Below are positions 11,510-20,881 of a stretch of DNA of 64,000 nucleotides, piece by piece (position 1 is the stretch's first letter; every line of letters starts with the position of its first letter). Origin of the DNA: Myxococcales bacterium (GTDB lineage Bacteria > Myxococcota_A > Polyangia > Polyangiales > DASUME01); the NCBI GenBank assembly GCA_047601445.1, contig JASGJH010000001.1, positions 7,616,001-7,680,000 on the forward strand. The letters are read 5' to 3'. Both the position numbers and the translations under genes were made by a program. A model generated the notes under the pieces. It was not told the origin of the DNA and searched no databases. It saw only the letters and a list, made by a program, of their open reading frames with translations.

Positions 11510-12634
11510 TCAGACTTCGATCTCGGCGTCGCCCGCGGCGGCCGAGACACAGATTTGGATGGTTTGGCCGGCCTCGTTGAGCAGCGCGTTGGTGCGCAGG
11601 TCGCGCACGCAGCCGGACTTGAGCGTGACGTCGCAGCCGTGACAGATGCCCATGCGACAGCCATGAGCAGGGTTGAGACCGTTGTCCTCGGCCAATCGGA
11701 GCAAGTTGGTGATGCCGTTGGAGCGGGCCTTTACACCGCTCTTGGTGAAGGTCACTTCGCCTTCGGTGATTTCACTCGGCGCCTTGGCGATGGCCGCCAG
11801 GAAGCGCTCGGTGTGCAGCTTGGAGCTCAGGCCCGCCTCGGCCCAGTGGGACTCGACCGCGTCGAGCAGACCCTGGGGACCGCAGGCGTAGACCTCGCGT
11901 GAGCGCCAGTCCGGGCACATGGTCTCGAGCTGGCTCGCGCTGAAGTGCCGTGTGTGACGGGTCTTGGCGTCGGGCTGCTCACCTGGTTCGCGGGTGTAGA
12001 TCAGGTGCAGCTTGTAGCGCGGGTGCGCGAGCGCGAGCTCCTTGAGCTCGTTACCGAAGATCACGTCGTAGGCGTGCGGGGCGTAGTGGATGTGCGTCAC
12101 CCGTGGCAGGCGCTCGCGCAGTACCATGCTGCGCAGCATGCTCATGATCGGCGTGATGCCGCTGCCCGCGCTGATGAAGAGCGGCTCGACGGGCACCGCG
12201 TCGGGCATCACGAAGTCGCCCTGGGGCACGCCGATGGGCAAGTAATCGCCCACCTTGATCTGGCGCACCAAGTGGTGCGACATGCGGCCGCCCGCGATGG
12301 CTTTCACCGTGATGGTGATGCATTCGTCGGCGCGCTCGGGCGCGGAGCTGATGGAGTAGGTGCGCGTGTACTGCATGCCGCCGATGGGCACGCCCACGCG
12401 CATGTGCTGGCCCGCGCGGTGGGCTCGCCAGTTGCGGCCGGGCTTGAGCGTCAGGGTGCGGGCATCGGCTGTTTCGTCCCAGACGCTCTCTACGCGCGCT
12501 TGCAGCGCATGAGTGGTCCACAGGGGATTGACGAGCTCGAGATAGTGTGAGGTGCGCAGGGGCCAGGCGAGGGCATCGGTGAGGGCGCCGGTCGCCCGGC
12601 CGAGAAGTCCAAAGAAGCTCGTGTCCTGCCGCAT
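11510..12634 (-). CDS. Ferredoxin reductase (FAD/NAD plus 2Fe-2S), desaturase electron partner
   Basis: RTYSISS, SAGSGITP, YACGP, GCRMGICHGC...ICVS; RBS GGAGAAGG before ATG 12634. Confidence 0.9.
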   Translation of the reverse strand: MRQDTSFFGLLGRATGALTDALAWPLRTSHYLELVNPLWTTHALQARVESVWDETADARTLTLKPGRNWRAHRAGQHMRVGVPIGGMQYTRTYSISSAPERADECITITVKAIAGGRMSHHLVRQIKVGDYLPIGVPQGDFVMPDAVPVEPLFISAGSGITPIMSMLRSMVLRERLPRVTHIHYAPHAYDVIFGNELKELALAHPRYKLHLIYTREPGEQPDAKTRHTRHFSASQLETMCPDWRSREVYACGPQGLLDAVESHWAEAGLSSKLHTERFLAAIAKAPSEITEGEVTFTKSGVKARSNGITNLLRLAEDNGLNPAHGCRMGICHGCDVTLKSGCVRDLRTNALLNEAGQTIQICVSAAAGDAEIEV

Positions 12635-12713
12635 GCCTTCTCCGTGTGGGTCGCCTTCCGGGCCAGTCGAGGCGTGAGGGGCCTCGTCGTAGGGCGATGG
12701 GGAGATTCTCGCA

Positions 12714-14333
12714 TTATTCATGGGTCACCTGGCTAGCTTCCGGTCGTGCGGCGAGTGCCGAGAGGACCACGGGGAGCACGCGGGCCGTGGCGCTCACATC
12801 CGGCCGGTAGTGGACGAACAGCCCAGACAGGGTGCCGAACACACGGCCCAGCATCACGAACTCCTCGGGCAGTTTCACGATGGGGTCACTGTCGATGAAG
12901 CGGCCGAACTCTGCGATGCGGCTCACCATCTCCATCTGGCTGCAGAAACCCCCGTTTTCACCCTTTACCAGGGCCATTTGCTCGAGCGCGTTCTTGGCGT
13001 AGCTCTCGAGTCCGGCGCGGGTCCCGCTCTGCGTCTGGAAGCCCATCGCTTCCATGGCGGCTCCCATGCCTCGGATGTCCTTGCAGACCGTGGCCCGCAA
13101 CAGCCCAAGCAGGTTTGTGCGCTGCGTCATGTCGAGCTCCTTGGCGCAGCCGAAGTCGAGCACCGTGAGGTTGCCGGACGCGTCGGCCAGGAGGTTGCCC
13201 GGGTGCGGGTCGGCCTGGAACACGCCGGCTTCCAACACCTGGCGGGCGTAGGCCTCGAGCACGCGGGCCAGCAGCTCGGTCAGTGTGACCTGGGCGCCGG
13301 GCTCGCCGGCTTCGCGGGCTTGCTGCAGGCGGTCGAGCACGTTGGTGACCTTTTCACCGGGCATGAAAGCCGTGACCAGCACGCGCTTGGTGGAGAGCTC
13401 GGAGACGACGGCCGGCACGTGGATGTGCGGGTTGTGCGCGAAGAAGGCCGAGAGCTTGGCAGTGAGCTCCGCTTCGCGTGTGTAGTCGAGCTCGGCGGTG
13501 ATCATGGCGCGGGTCTCGCGGATGATGGTGTCGAAGTCGAGGGGCGGCAGGCCCTGGGCCAGGGCGCGCACGAAGACTTCGAGCAGCTCCATGTCGAGCT
13601 GCACCAGGGACTCGATGTTGGGGCGCTGCACCTTCACGGCGACCTTGCGGCCGTCGAGCAGCGTGGCGCGATGGACCTGGCCGATGCTGGCTGCGGCCAC
13701 TGGGGTCTCCTCGAACTCCGCGAAGATCTCGTTGAGCGGACGCCCGAGCTCGCGCGTGAGGGCCTTCTCGATCTCGCGGAAGGGCACGGCGGGGGCGGCG
13801 TCCTGCAGCTTGCCGAGTTCGCGCACGTAGGCCTCGGGGATGAGGTCGGGGCGCGAGGAGAGCATTTGTCCGAGCTTCAAGAAGGCGCCACCGTGGCGCA
13901 CCGAGAGCACGTAGAGGCGATGGGCGGAGTCCTGGTGGAGCTCTTCGCGGGAGCGGGCGGCTCGGCGCTGGGACATGAAGGCGGCCTTGGTGGTGTGCAG
14001 GCGGTAGGCGGTGCCCACGCGGCCGAGCACCAGGCCGGTCGAGGTGAGCCGACCGAGACGGGCGGGCCACTGGGAGAGTTCGTCGGTGAAGGACTTGATG
14101 GGAGAGACGCCGCCTCGGCCGCTGGACTGGCCCGAGCCGAAGCCGGGCAAGCCCTGGACGGCGGTCTTGGCGGTCTCACCGAGCTCGCGCACCTGGAAGG
14201 CGGTCTCTTCGATGGCCACCAGGAGGGCGTCGATGGTGCGAAGCCAGAGCTTGATTTGAGCGCGCACGTCGGCGCTGGAGCCGGCGGCGGAGGAGGCGGC
14301 GCGGCTGAAAGTCTGGGAGCTGGTCTGGTTCAT
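12714..14333 (-). CDS. ABC1/AarF/UbiB atypical kinase
   Basis: FLKLGQMLSSRPD, PVAAASIGQVH, VAVKVQRP, ELDY..EA, FQADPHPGN, LDFG. Confidence 0.9.
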   Translation of the reverse strand: MNQTSSQTFSRAASSAAGSSADVRAQIKLWLRTIDALLVAIEETAFQVRELGETAKTAVQGLPGFGSGQSSGRGGVSPIKSFTDELSQWPARLGRLTSTGLVLGRVGTAYRLHTTKAAFMSQRRAARSREELHQDSAHRLYVLSVRHGGAFLKLGQMLSSRPDLIPEAYVRELGKLQDAAPAVPFREIEKALTRELGRPLNEIFAEFEETPVAAASIGQVHRATLLDGRKVAVKVQRPNIESLVQLDMELLEVFVRALAQGLPPLDFDTIIRETRAMITAELDYTREAELTAKLSAFFAHNPHIHVPAVVSELSTKRVLVTAFMPGEKVTNVLDRLQQAREAGEPGAQVTLTELLARVLEAYARQVLEAGVFQADPHPGNLLADASGNLTVLDFGCAKELDMTQRTNLLGLLRATVCKDIRGMGAAMEAMGFQTQSGTRAGLESYAKNALEQMALVKGENGGFCSQMEMVSRIAEFGRFIDSDPIVKLPEEFVMLGRVFGTLSGLFVHYRPDVSATARVLPVVLSALAARPEASQVTHE

Positions 14334-14375
14334 GGATGACTCCGAGGTGCCGTTCAAAAGCAGCACCGAGTGATG

Positions 14376-14397
14376 AGTCATTTATGACTGTGACAGT
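14376..14397. promoter_or_regulatory. Overlapping AT-rich dyads upstream of the ABC1-desaturase operon; candidate operator
   Basis: agtcat-tt-atgact (14376-14389) and actgt-g-acagt (14387-14397), about 45-65 nt upstream of ATG 14333. Confidence 0.35.
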
Positions 14398-14428
14398 AAT
14401 TGGTGTCAAGGTGTTTGGTGTCATGGTC

Positions 14429-14571
14429 GCCGGGGACGGTTTTCGCTTTTTCGTTTTTGGGCTCCGCGGCTCGCCAAATTTCTTTGTCTTTTCGTGACAA
14501 ACGCGAAAAGCAAAGCCGTCCCGGGGGTTCCCCGAGAGCGCGAAAGCGAAAAAGCGAAAACCGTCCCCGGC
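14429..14571. repeat. 143-bp element with perfect 25-bp terminal inverted repeats (REPIN/MITE-like)
   Basis: gccggggacggttttcgctttttcg (14429-14453) is the exact reverse complement of 14547-14571; there is an additional internal hairpin. Confidence 0.85.
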
Positions 14572-14574
14572 CCG

Positions 14575-15481
14575 CTACAGGGCCCGGGCGAGCCTCAGGA
14601 CTTGCTCGCGTAGCCACTTGTTGGCTGGGTCGTTCTCGAGCGCGGCGTGCCAGTACATGTGGATGGCCAAGCCCGGCGCCTCGGCCGGGAAGGGCAGGAG
14701 CACGTTCTCGAAACTCGTGTTGAGCGCCTTGGCCAGGCGCTCGGGCATGGTGAGCAAGAGGTCCGATGCCTTCACCACCTGACAGGCTGCGTGATAGTTC
14801 TGGCAGCGCAGCGTGACCTTGCGTCGCGCGCCCGTGGGCCGCAGCACCATGTCTTCGAGCGCGGGGCCCTTGCGTCGCGACGAGACCACCACGTGGGTCT
14901 GCGCGAGATACTTGGCTAGGTCGAAGCCCTTGATGGCCGGATGTCGCTTGCGCGCCATCACCACCAGACGCTCCGTGTCGGCCACCTGCTGATGTCGAAT
15001 GGCCGAGCTCACCACCACGGGGATTCTCGATCGCCAGGTCGAGCGCCCCGCTGATCAGCTCGGTCTCGAGCTCATGCCGCGCCACACGCGCACTCACCAG
15101 CTGCAGCTGTCCTGCGTCGCCCTGCAGCTCCTCCACCAAGTGCGGCAACCACACCGTCTCCAGCGCGTCGCGTAGCCCGACCACGAAGCGCCGCGAGCTG
15201 TGCTTGGGCTCGAAGCTCTGGGCCGGAAACAAGCTGTGCTCCAGGCTCGTCAGGGCCTCCCGTACCGGCCCGATCAGCGTGCGTGCGAAGGGCGTCGGCA
15301 CCATCAAGCGCCCGTTGCGCGCGAACAAGGGATCCTGGAACAGCTCGCGCAAGCGCGATAGCGCGTGGCTCAGGGCCGGCTGCGTGAGCCCGAGTTTTTC
15401 GGCCGCGCGCGTGAGGTTCTGCTCCCGATGGATGGCCTCGAACACCACCAGCAAGTTCAGATCGATCTGGCGCAGCTTCAT
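14575..15481 (-). CDS. LysR family regulator, +1 frameshift near 15024
   Basis: IDLNLLVVFEAI..NLTRAAEKLGLTQPALSHALSRLR HTH. The C-terminal domain continues in ORF 14575..15018 (...MYWHAALENDPANKWLRE). Confidence 0.88.
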
Positions 15482-15490
15482 CCGGCTGGC

Positions 15491-16105
15491 TCAGCCGGAC
15501 AGCGTGTCGATCATCTCGATGGCAATCGGCGCCGACCAGTCGCGTCCGCCGTCCACGCGCGCGCGGATGACGCCCTTGGGATCCACGACCCAGGTCTCGG
15601 GGTACAGGCGCGTGCCGAACTTGTCGCGAATCACGGCGCGCTCCGGGTCGAACAGGACCTTGAGCTTGGAGTCCGGCTGGAACAGCGAGCGAATCTCGTC
15701 CCAGTTGCGGTCGGTGGTAATGGCCACCACCTCCAGGTCCGGCCGCTCCGCGGCGATCAACGCCAGCTGTTCGAGCGAGGGCATCTCTTCGACGCACGGT
15801 TTACAAGTGACGGTCCAAAAGTTCATCACCACGGTCTTGCCGCGCTGATCCTGGAGCCGCCACGGCTTGCCGTGCTGGTCGTAAAGCGTGAAGTCGGGCG
15901 CCAGGCGATCGTTGCCCAAGTAGTGCAGCTTGGGTTTCTCGCCGTCGCGGTAGGCCTGGAAGACCTCGTCGCCCAACATGGCCCGCACCGGCAACTCACG
16001 TCGGCGTACTTCGCCTTCGGAGAAGCCCTGCACCATCATGAAGGCGAAGGGGGCGCCCAGGAGGAAGGCGATCAGGGCTGCTGTCTTGTCCGCGTTGACG
16101 TTCAT
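15491..16105 (-). CDS. TlpA/ResA-type disulfide reductase
   Basis: N-terminal TM, APDFTL, VMNFWTVTCKPCVEEMPSL, YPETWVVD. Confidence 0.88.
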   Translation of the reverse strand: MNVNADKTAALIAFLLGAPFAFMMVQGFSEGEVRRRELPVRAMLGDEVFQAYRDGEKPKLHYLGNDRLAPDFTLYDQHGKPWRLQDQRGKTVVMNFWTVTCKPCVEEMPSLEQLALIAAERPDLEVVAITTDRNWDEIRSLFQPDSKLKVLFDPERAVIRDKFGTRLYPETWVVDPKGVIRARVDGGRDWSAPIAIEMIDTLSG

Positions 16106-16594
16106 GATGTTCGGGGCGAGAAGTGTAGTGGATCCGCGACGCGCGGGGGGTGCACTCGCACCGAGCCCTGTCGCACGTAGGGCCCCTCGGCGTCTTCCTC
16201 GAGCAGGTCTCCCAGCTGCACGGCCGCGTGGCTGTCGAAACGAGCCGGCTCTCCGCCGAGCACTGTGCAGTACAGCGCCGCGTCGGGACCTTCACGCAGG
16301 CTGTGTACATCCAGCGTGACTTCACGGTCGTTCGAGAGCAGCAGCTCGGCCTGACCACCGCTCACCCGCACGGAGCGCACGAAGTAGGGGGCGCCCTCCA
16401 GGCTGAAATAGGCCCAATTCGACGTCGTTTTTGAGGCAGTAGCGCCCATCTTCAGCGCGCTCGATCCAGCGGTCGAAGGCACGCGCCAGCTTCGGGTTGT
16501 CGATGGCGTCCCCATCCACGAACCACTTGCCGTCCGCTCGCCGGCGGATGGTCGTTTCGCGCGAGAGTCCAAATGGAAAGCTCGTCGGTTCCAT
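16102..16594 (-). CDS. DUF1285-like protein, +1 frameshift near 16420
   Basis: MEPTSFPFGLSRETTIRRRADGKWFVDG...YCLKNDV joins NWAYFSLEGAPYFVRSV...LYCTV...ARF in the next frame. Confidence 0.6.
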
Positions 16595-16690
16595 GCGGTA
16601 AGTCTTGCAGGGACCATGTGGGGCGCCAGCCCGTGTTCGCGACGCTTCGAGTGAGCGATTCAGCGACGGAAAACGTCTGGCCCGAGAGCG

Positions 16691-19600
16691 ATGCATGGTA
16701 GGAGTGTCGAACCGGGTCCATCGATGTCGGCGAAGCCCTCACGCAGCTTATCCAAGTGGCGGATTCTGCTCGTCTTTTTGCTGACGGTGGGCACGGCTGC
16801 GTGGGCCCTTACAAAGCAGCCGTGGGCCCGCGCACAGCTCGACCGTGAGCTGTCTCTGGCGCTGCGTCGCGAGCTCGGTCTGGAGGCCAGCATTGGCCAG
16901 GTGCGCTTCGAGCTTCCGCTGCGCTTGGTGGCCGACGCCATCGAGCTGCGGCATCCGGAAAAAGGCCTGCTCGCTAGCGCTGAACGGCTCGAGGTCGCGC
17001 CCTCGCTGATGGCGTTGGCCCGGGGCAAGGTCGAGATCAAGCGCGTGACCATCGAGGGCGCGGTGGTTCGCCTGCGCATCGAAGACGGCCAGATCGTGAA
17101 CCTGCCGGTCTTGCCCTCGGTGGCCAAGAAGAGCTCGAAGAAGCCGGAGAAGCTGCCGCTCGAGGAGTTCGTGGTGCGGCGCGCCAGCTTGCACGTCGAC
17201 GGCGAGCCCAAGTTCGCTGGCACCCTCTCCGACGTGTTGATCCAGCTCAAGGTGCTGGGGGCCGAGGAGCTCAGCCTCGAGTTGAGCGCGGGCGCCGGCA
17301 AGTTCGAACACCCAGGTGGTCGCGAGACGGTGGAGCGGCTGCGCGTGGCGGCCGAGTTGGCCGATGGTCGCATCGAGCTCGACCACTTGGTGCTGGTCAG
17401 CTCGCTGCTCACGGTACGAGCCAAGAACGCTGGCCTGGCGTGGCCCTTCGATGCACAAGAGAGCTTCGGAGGCGATCTCGACGAGCTCTCGATCGACCTC
17501 GCCAAGCTGGCCGGATTGCCTCACGGCATCCACTTCCCGCCGGTGAAGGGCAAGCTCTCCATGAAGGGCAAGGCCGCGGGCACGGCCAAGAACTTCAAGG
17601 CCATCGGTGAGGTGCGCGGCGACCCGGTGCTCGACGGCTTCGGCTTCGGACAGCTGGAGCTCAGGGTAGAGGTCACGCCAGAGCAGGTTCGAATCCTGCC
17701 AGGAAGCCTCGGGCGCATCGTGCAGGACGGCGGCGTGGTCGGGCTCGAGGGCAAGCTCGGCTTCGGTCCCGGTCTGCCCATCGAGGTCAAGACCGACATC
17801 AAACACATCGACTTCCACAAGTTGATGGCGCAGCTCGACGTGACCCAGGACTGCCTGGTGAACTGGGTGTTGCGCGGTGGCTTCAAGCTGAGCGGCACCA
17901 TCGTGCCGGTCGCCATCTCCGGGCCGATCTGGGCCGAGCACCTCAGCTTCCGCACGCTCACCAAGGGCTGGCGTGATCCCACCTCCGAGGAGGTCATCGG
18001 TACGCCGCCTGGTCGCGTCTCCGGTCGCGTGGTGATCCGCCCTGATGCGCTGCGTTTCGAGAACCTCAGTGGCCACCTGCCGCACTCGGACATGCTGGTG
18101 ACCGTCCACGTGGGCTTCGATCGCAAGTTCGGGCTCACCGCGCGCAGCAGCAACCTCGACCTGCGCGACACCACGGGCCTGCTGGGCATGGGCCTCGCCG
18201 GCCACGGCAGCTTCAGCCTCGACGTGGGCGGGACCTACGACAACACCACGCTTACCGGCACGCTCGACCTCGAGGACTTCGCCCTCGACGGCTATCGCAT
18301 CGGCCACCTCAAGACACGCGCCGCCCTTGAGAAGGAAGGTCTGGCGGTACACTTCGTGGACACCGCCGTGCAGAAGGGGGAGTCCCACTATCGCGTGGAA
18401 GATTTGTTGCTGGACTTCAGCCAGGCCTTCTCCGTGGACGCCAAGGGCACCCTCGACAAGCTCGCGCTGGCCGACTTCTATCACACGTTCCTGATCGACA
18501 CCGACCCCGACTTCGCGCCCTACCAAGGGCACGTCAAGGGCAGCGCGAGCGTGCGCTACACACTGGGATTCCCCGGCGACTCCGCGAGTGGCACCTTCAC
18601 GCTGGACACCGACCTCGACGTGCTCGACACCAAGGTCCACGGCGTGGCCTTCAAGGGCGGCAAGCTCGAGGGGCGCTGGTTGTGGCGCGATATCTCGCAG
18701 GGCACGCGCGGTGCGCGCCTCGAGTTGGCCGAGCTCTCGTTGCTCAAGGACGGCGGCTCGGTGGTGGCGCGCGGCACCATGGACTACGGCGCCAAGCTCG
18801 GCTTCACGGTGTTCGCCGAGGAGCTGCCGCTCGGGCAAATCGACCCCATCCGCAAGCAGGGCATCGAGCTCACGGGCGAAGTCGGCGCGGTGGGCACGGT
18901 GCGCGGCACGCTGCAGCTGCCCGAGGCCAAGCTCGACATCGAGACCGTGGGCGTGCAGGTGGAGAAGCGCACGCTCGGAGACGGTCATTTCGGTCTGTAC
19001 GTGAGTCATCGCGACGACCCCTGGGCCAAGCGCGCGCTCTCGCCGCTGCCGGAGAGCGAACCTTGCCCCAAGGCCCGCGCCGCGCTCGCCAACGCTGACT
19101 GGCCTGGCACCAGCGGACCCCAGGGCAGCCTGCCGCCGCAGGCCTTGCTGCTCTGCGGCGAGATGTACGGCGACCGCATCGATCTCGACCTGGCGCTCGG
19201 ACTCACGGGCAGCGTACCCGCGCGCGGCGAGGTGTCTTTCGCGCACCTCTCGCCGGCGCTCATCTGGCCTACACGGCGCGGCAACGACGTGCCGCTCTCT
19301 GGCAATCTGGACGGCGAAATCGAGCTCACCGGCGGCTTCTTGTCGGACCTCGACACGCTGCGGGGGCGCGTGGAGATCACCAGCCTCCGCATCGGCCAGG
19401 ATCGCGCCATGCTCACCAGCGACGGTCCGGTGAAGATCGCGCTCACCGGACGCGGTGCGAGTGTGGAGCGCGCGAATTTCGGCGGCGCCGGCACCAAGAT
19501 TCAGATCACGGGTGGCGCTTCCGTGGCCCAGGGCCTGGCAGCCAACGTGCAAGGCCAGCTCGACCTGCGCGTGCTGCCAACCTTCGTACCCACCATCGCG

Positions 19601-20881
19601 CGCTCCACGGGATTGCTCGAGGTGGGCGTCAAGCTGACCGGCAATCCCGGCGAGCCATCGGTCTTCGGTCGGGCCTCCTTGCGTGACGGGTCGCTGGTGT
19701 TGAGCGGCTCCGACCAGGTGCTCGACAAGGTGGCCGCGCGTCTCACGTTCAGTGAACGCGAGCTCCTGCTCGAACAGTTCCAGGCTTCGGTGGCCGGTGG
19801 TTCGGTGCGCGCCCACGGCTCCATGGCCCTCGCCAAGCAACGCGTGGGCAATTACGAGCTGTTCCTGGAGGCGCGCGACATCACGTACTCGCCGACGGAC
19901 GGTGTGGACCTCGCGTTTGCAGCCGATACCCGCCTGGCCTTCGACCAGGCCCATCGCATCCCCGAGCTCACGGGCACCGTGCGCATCCAGCGCCTGCGCT
20001 ACACGCGGCCCTTCTCGCTCGGCATCACCGAGCGCCTGACGGGCTTCTCGCAGGCCAAGCGCGTCACGCGCGCTTCGTACGATCCGAACAACGACCGCAT
20101 CGCTTTCGACCTGCGCGTGGTCGAGGACGCCCCCCTCAAAATCAGCAACAACCTGCTCAATGCCGAGCTCACCATCCGGGACAGCGAAGACCCGTTCCGC
20201 CTGGTCGGCACGGATCAGCGCTTCGGCGTGCTCGGGACCCTGGAGGTTACCCGGGGCACGGTCACGTTCCGCAACGCCCGCTTCAACCTGGAGGAGGGCA
20301 CGGTAGCCTTCATCGACGAGCATCGGGTGCGGCCCCGCCTCGATATCCGTGCGCGCACGGAGTTCCGCCGCCAGGCCGACGCCACCGGCGCGCGTTGGTG
20401 GATCTCGCTGCGCGCCAGCGGGGAGGTCGACGACCTCAAAATCGAGACCTCCAGTGAGCCGGCGCTGGCTCAAGAGGACATCGCCCTCCTGCTCACGGTG
20501 GGCATGACGCGCGCCGAGGCTGCCCGCTCCAACGGCCTGGCCCAGGGCGCGGCTCTCGAAGCTTTGGCCACTGTCACGGGAGTCGATCGGGAGGTAAGAA
20601 AGGCCCTGCCCGTGATCGACGACTTCACCGTAACCAGCGCCTACTCCGCGCGCACCAACCGCACCGAGCCCCAGGTCGTGGTGGGCAAGCGGCTCAGCGA
20701 TCGCGTTCGCGCCACCGCGCGTACCGGGCTCACCACCGACTCGAACTTCAAGACCGGCGTCGAGTGGCGCCTCGACGACCAAACCAGCGTCGAGGCCGGC
20801 TATGACAACGTGCAGACCACTACTTCCTCGCAGTTTGGCAACGTGGGTGTCGATTTGCGCTGGCGGCTCGAGTTCGACTGA
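16691..20881 (+). CDS. tamB: Translocation/assembly module TamB (AsmA-like) protein
   Basis: 1396 aa, N-terminal anchor, beta-rich. C-terminus SSEPALAQEDIALLL...VVVGKRLSD...GVDLRWRLEFD. Confidence 0.8.
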   Translation: MHGRSVEPGPSMSAKPSRSLSKWRILLVFLLTVGTAAWALTKQPWARAQLDRELSLALRRELGLEASIGQVRFELPLRLVADAIELRHPEKGLLASAERLEVAPSLMALARGKVEIKRVTIEGAVVRLRIEDGQIVNLPVLPSVAKKSSKKPEKLPLEEFVVRRASLHVDGEPKFAGTLSDVLIQLKVLGAEELSLELSAGAGKFEHPGGRETVERLRVAAELADGRIELDHLVLVSSLLTVRAKNAGLAWPFDAQESFGGDLDELSIDLAKLAGLPHGIHFPPVKGKLSMKGKAAGTAKNFKAIGEVRGDPVLDGFGFGQLELRVEVTPEQVRILPGSLGRIVQDGGVVGLEGKLGFGPGLPIEVKTDIKHIDFHKLMAQLDVTQDCLVNWVLRGGFKLSGTIVPVAISGPIWAEHLSFRTLTKGWRDPTSEEVIGTPPGRVSGRVVIRPDALRFENLSGHLPHSDMLVTVHVGFDRKFGLTARSSNLDLRDTTGLLGMGLAGHGSFSLDVGGTYDNTTLTGTLDLEDFALDGYRIGHLKTRAALEKEGLAVHFVDTAVQKGESHYRVEDLLLDFSQAFSVDAKGTLDKLALADFYHTFLIDTDPDFAPYQGHVKGSASVRYTLGFPGDSASGTFTLDTDLDVLDTKVHGVAFKGGKLEGRWLWRDISQGTRGARLELAELSLLKDGGSVVARGTMDYGAKLGFTVFAEELPLGQIDPIRKQGIELTGEVGAVGTVRGTLQLPEAKLDIETVGVQVEKRTLGDGHFGLYVSHRDDPWAKRALSPLPESEPCPKARAALANADWPGTSGPQGSLPPQALLLCGEMYGDRIDLDLALGLTGSVPARGEVSFAHLSPALIWPTRRGNDVPLSGNLDGEIELTGGFLSDLDTLRGRVEITSLRIGQDRAMLTSDGPVKIALTGRGASVERANFGGAGTKIQITGGASVAQGLAANVQGQLDLRVLPTFVPTIARSTGLLEVGVKLTGNPGEPSVFGRASLRDGSLVLSGSDQVLDKVAARLTFSERELLLEQFQASVAGGSVRAHGSMALAKQRVGNYELFLEARDITYSPTDGVDLAFAADTRLAFDQAHRIPELTGTVRIQRLRYTRPFSLGITERLTGFSQAKRVTRASYDPNNDRIAFDLRVVEDAPLKISNNLLNAELTIRDSEDPFRLVGTDQRFGVLGTLEVTRGTVTFRNARFNLEEGTVAFIDEHRVRPRLDIRARTEFRRQADATGARWWISLRASGEVDDLKIETSSEPALAQEDIALLLTVGMTRAEAARSNGLAQGAALEALATVTGVDREVRKALPVIDDFTVTSAYSARTNRTEPQVVVGKRLSDRVRATARTGLTTDSNFKTGVEWRLDDQTSVEAGYDNVQTTTSSQFGNVGVDLRWRLEFD

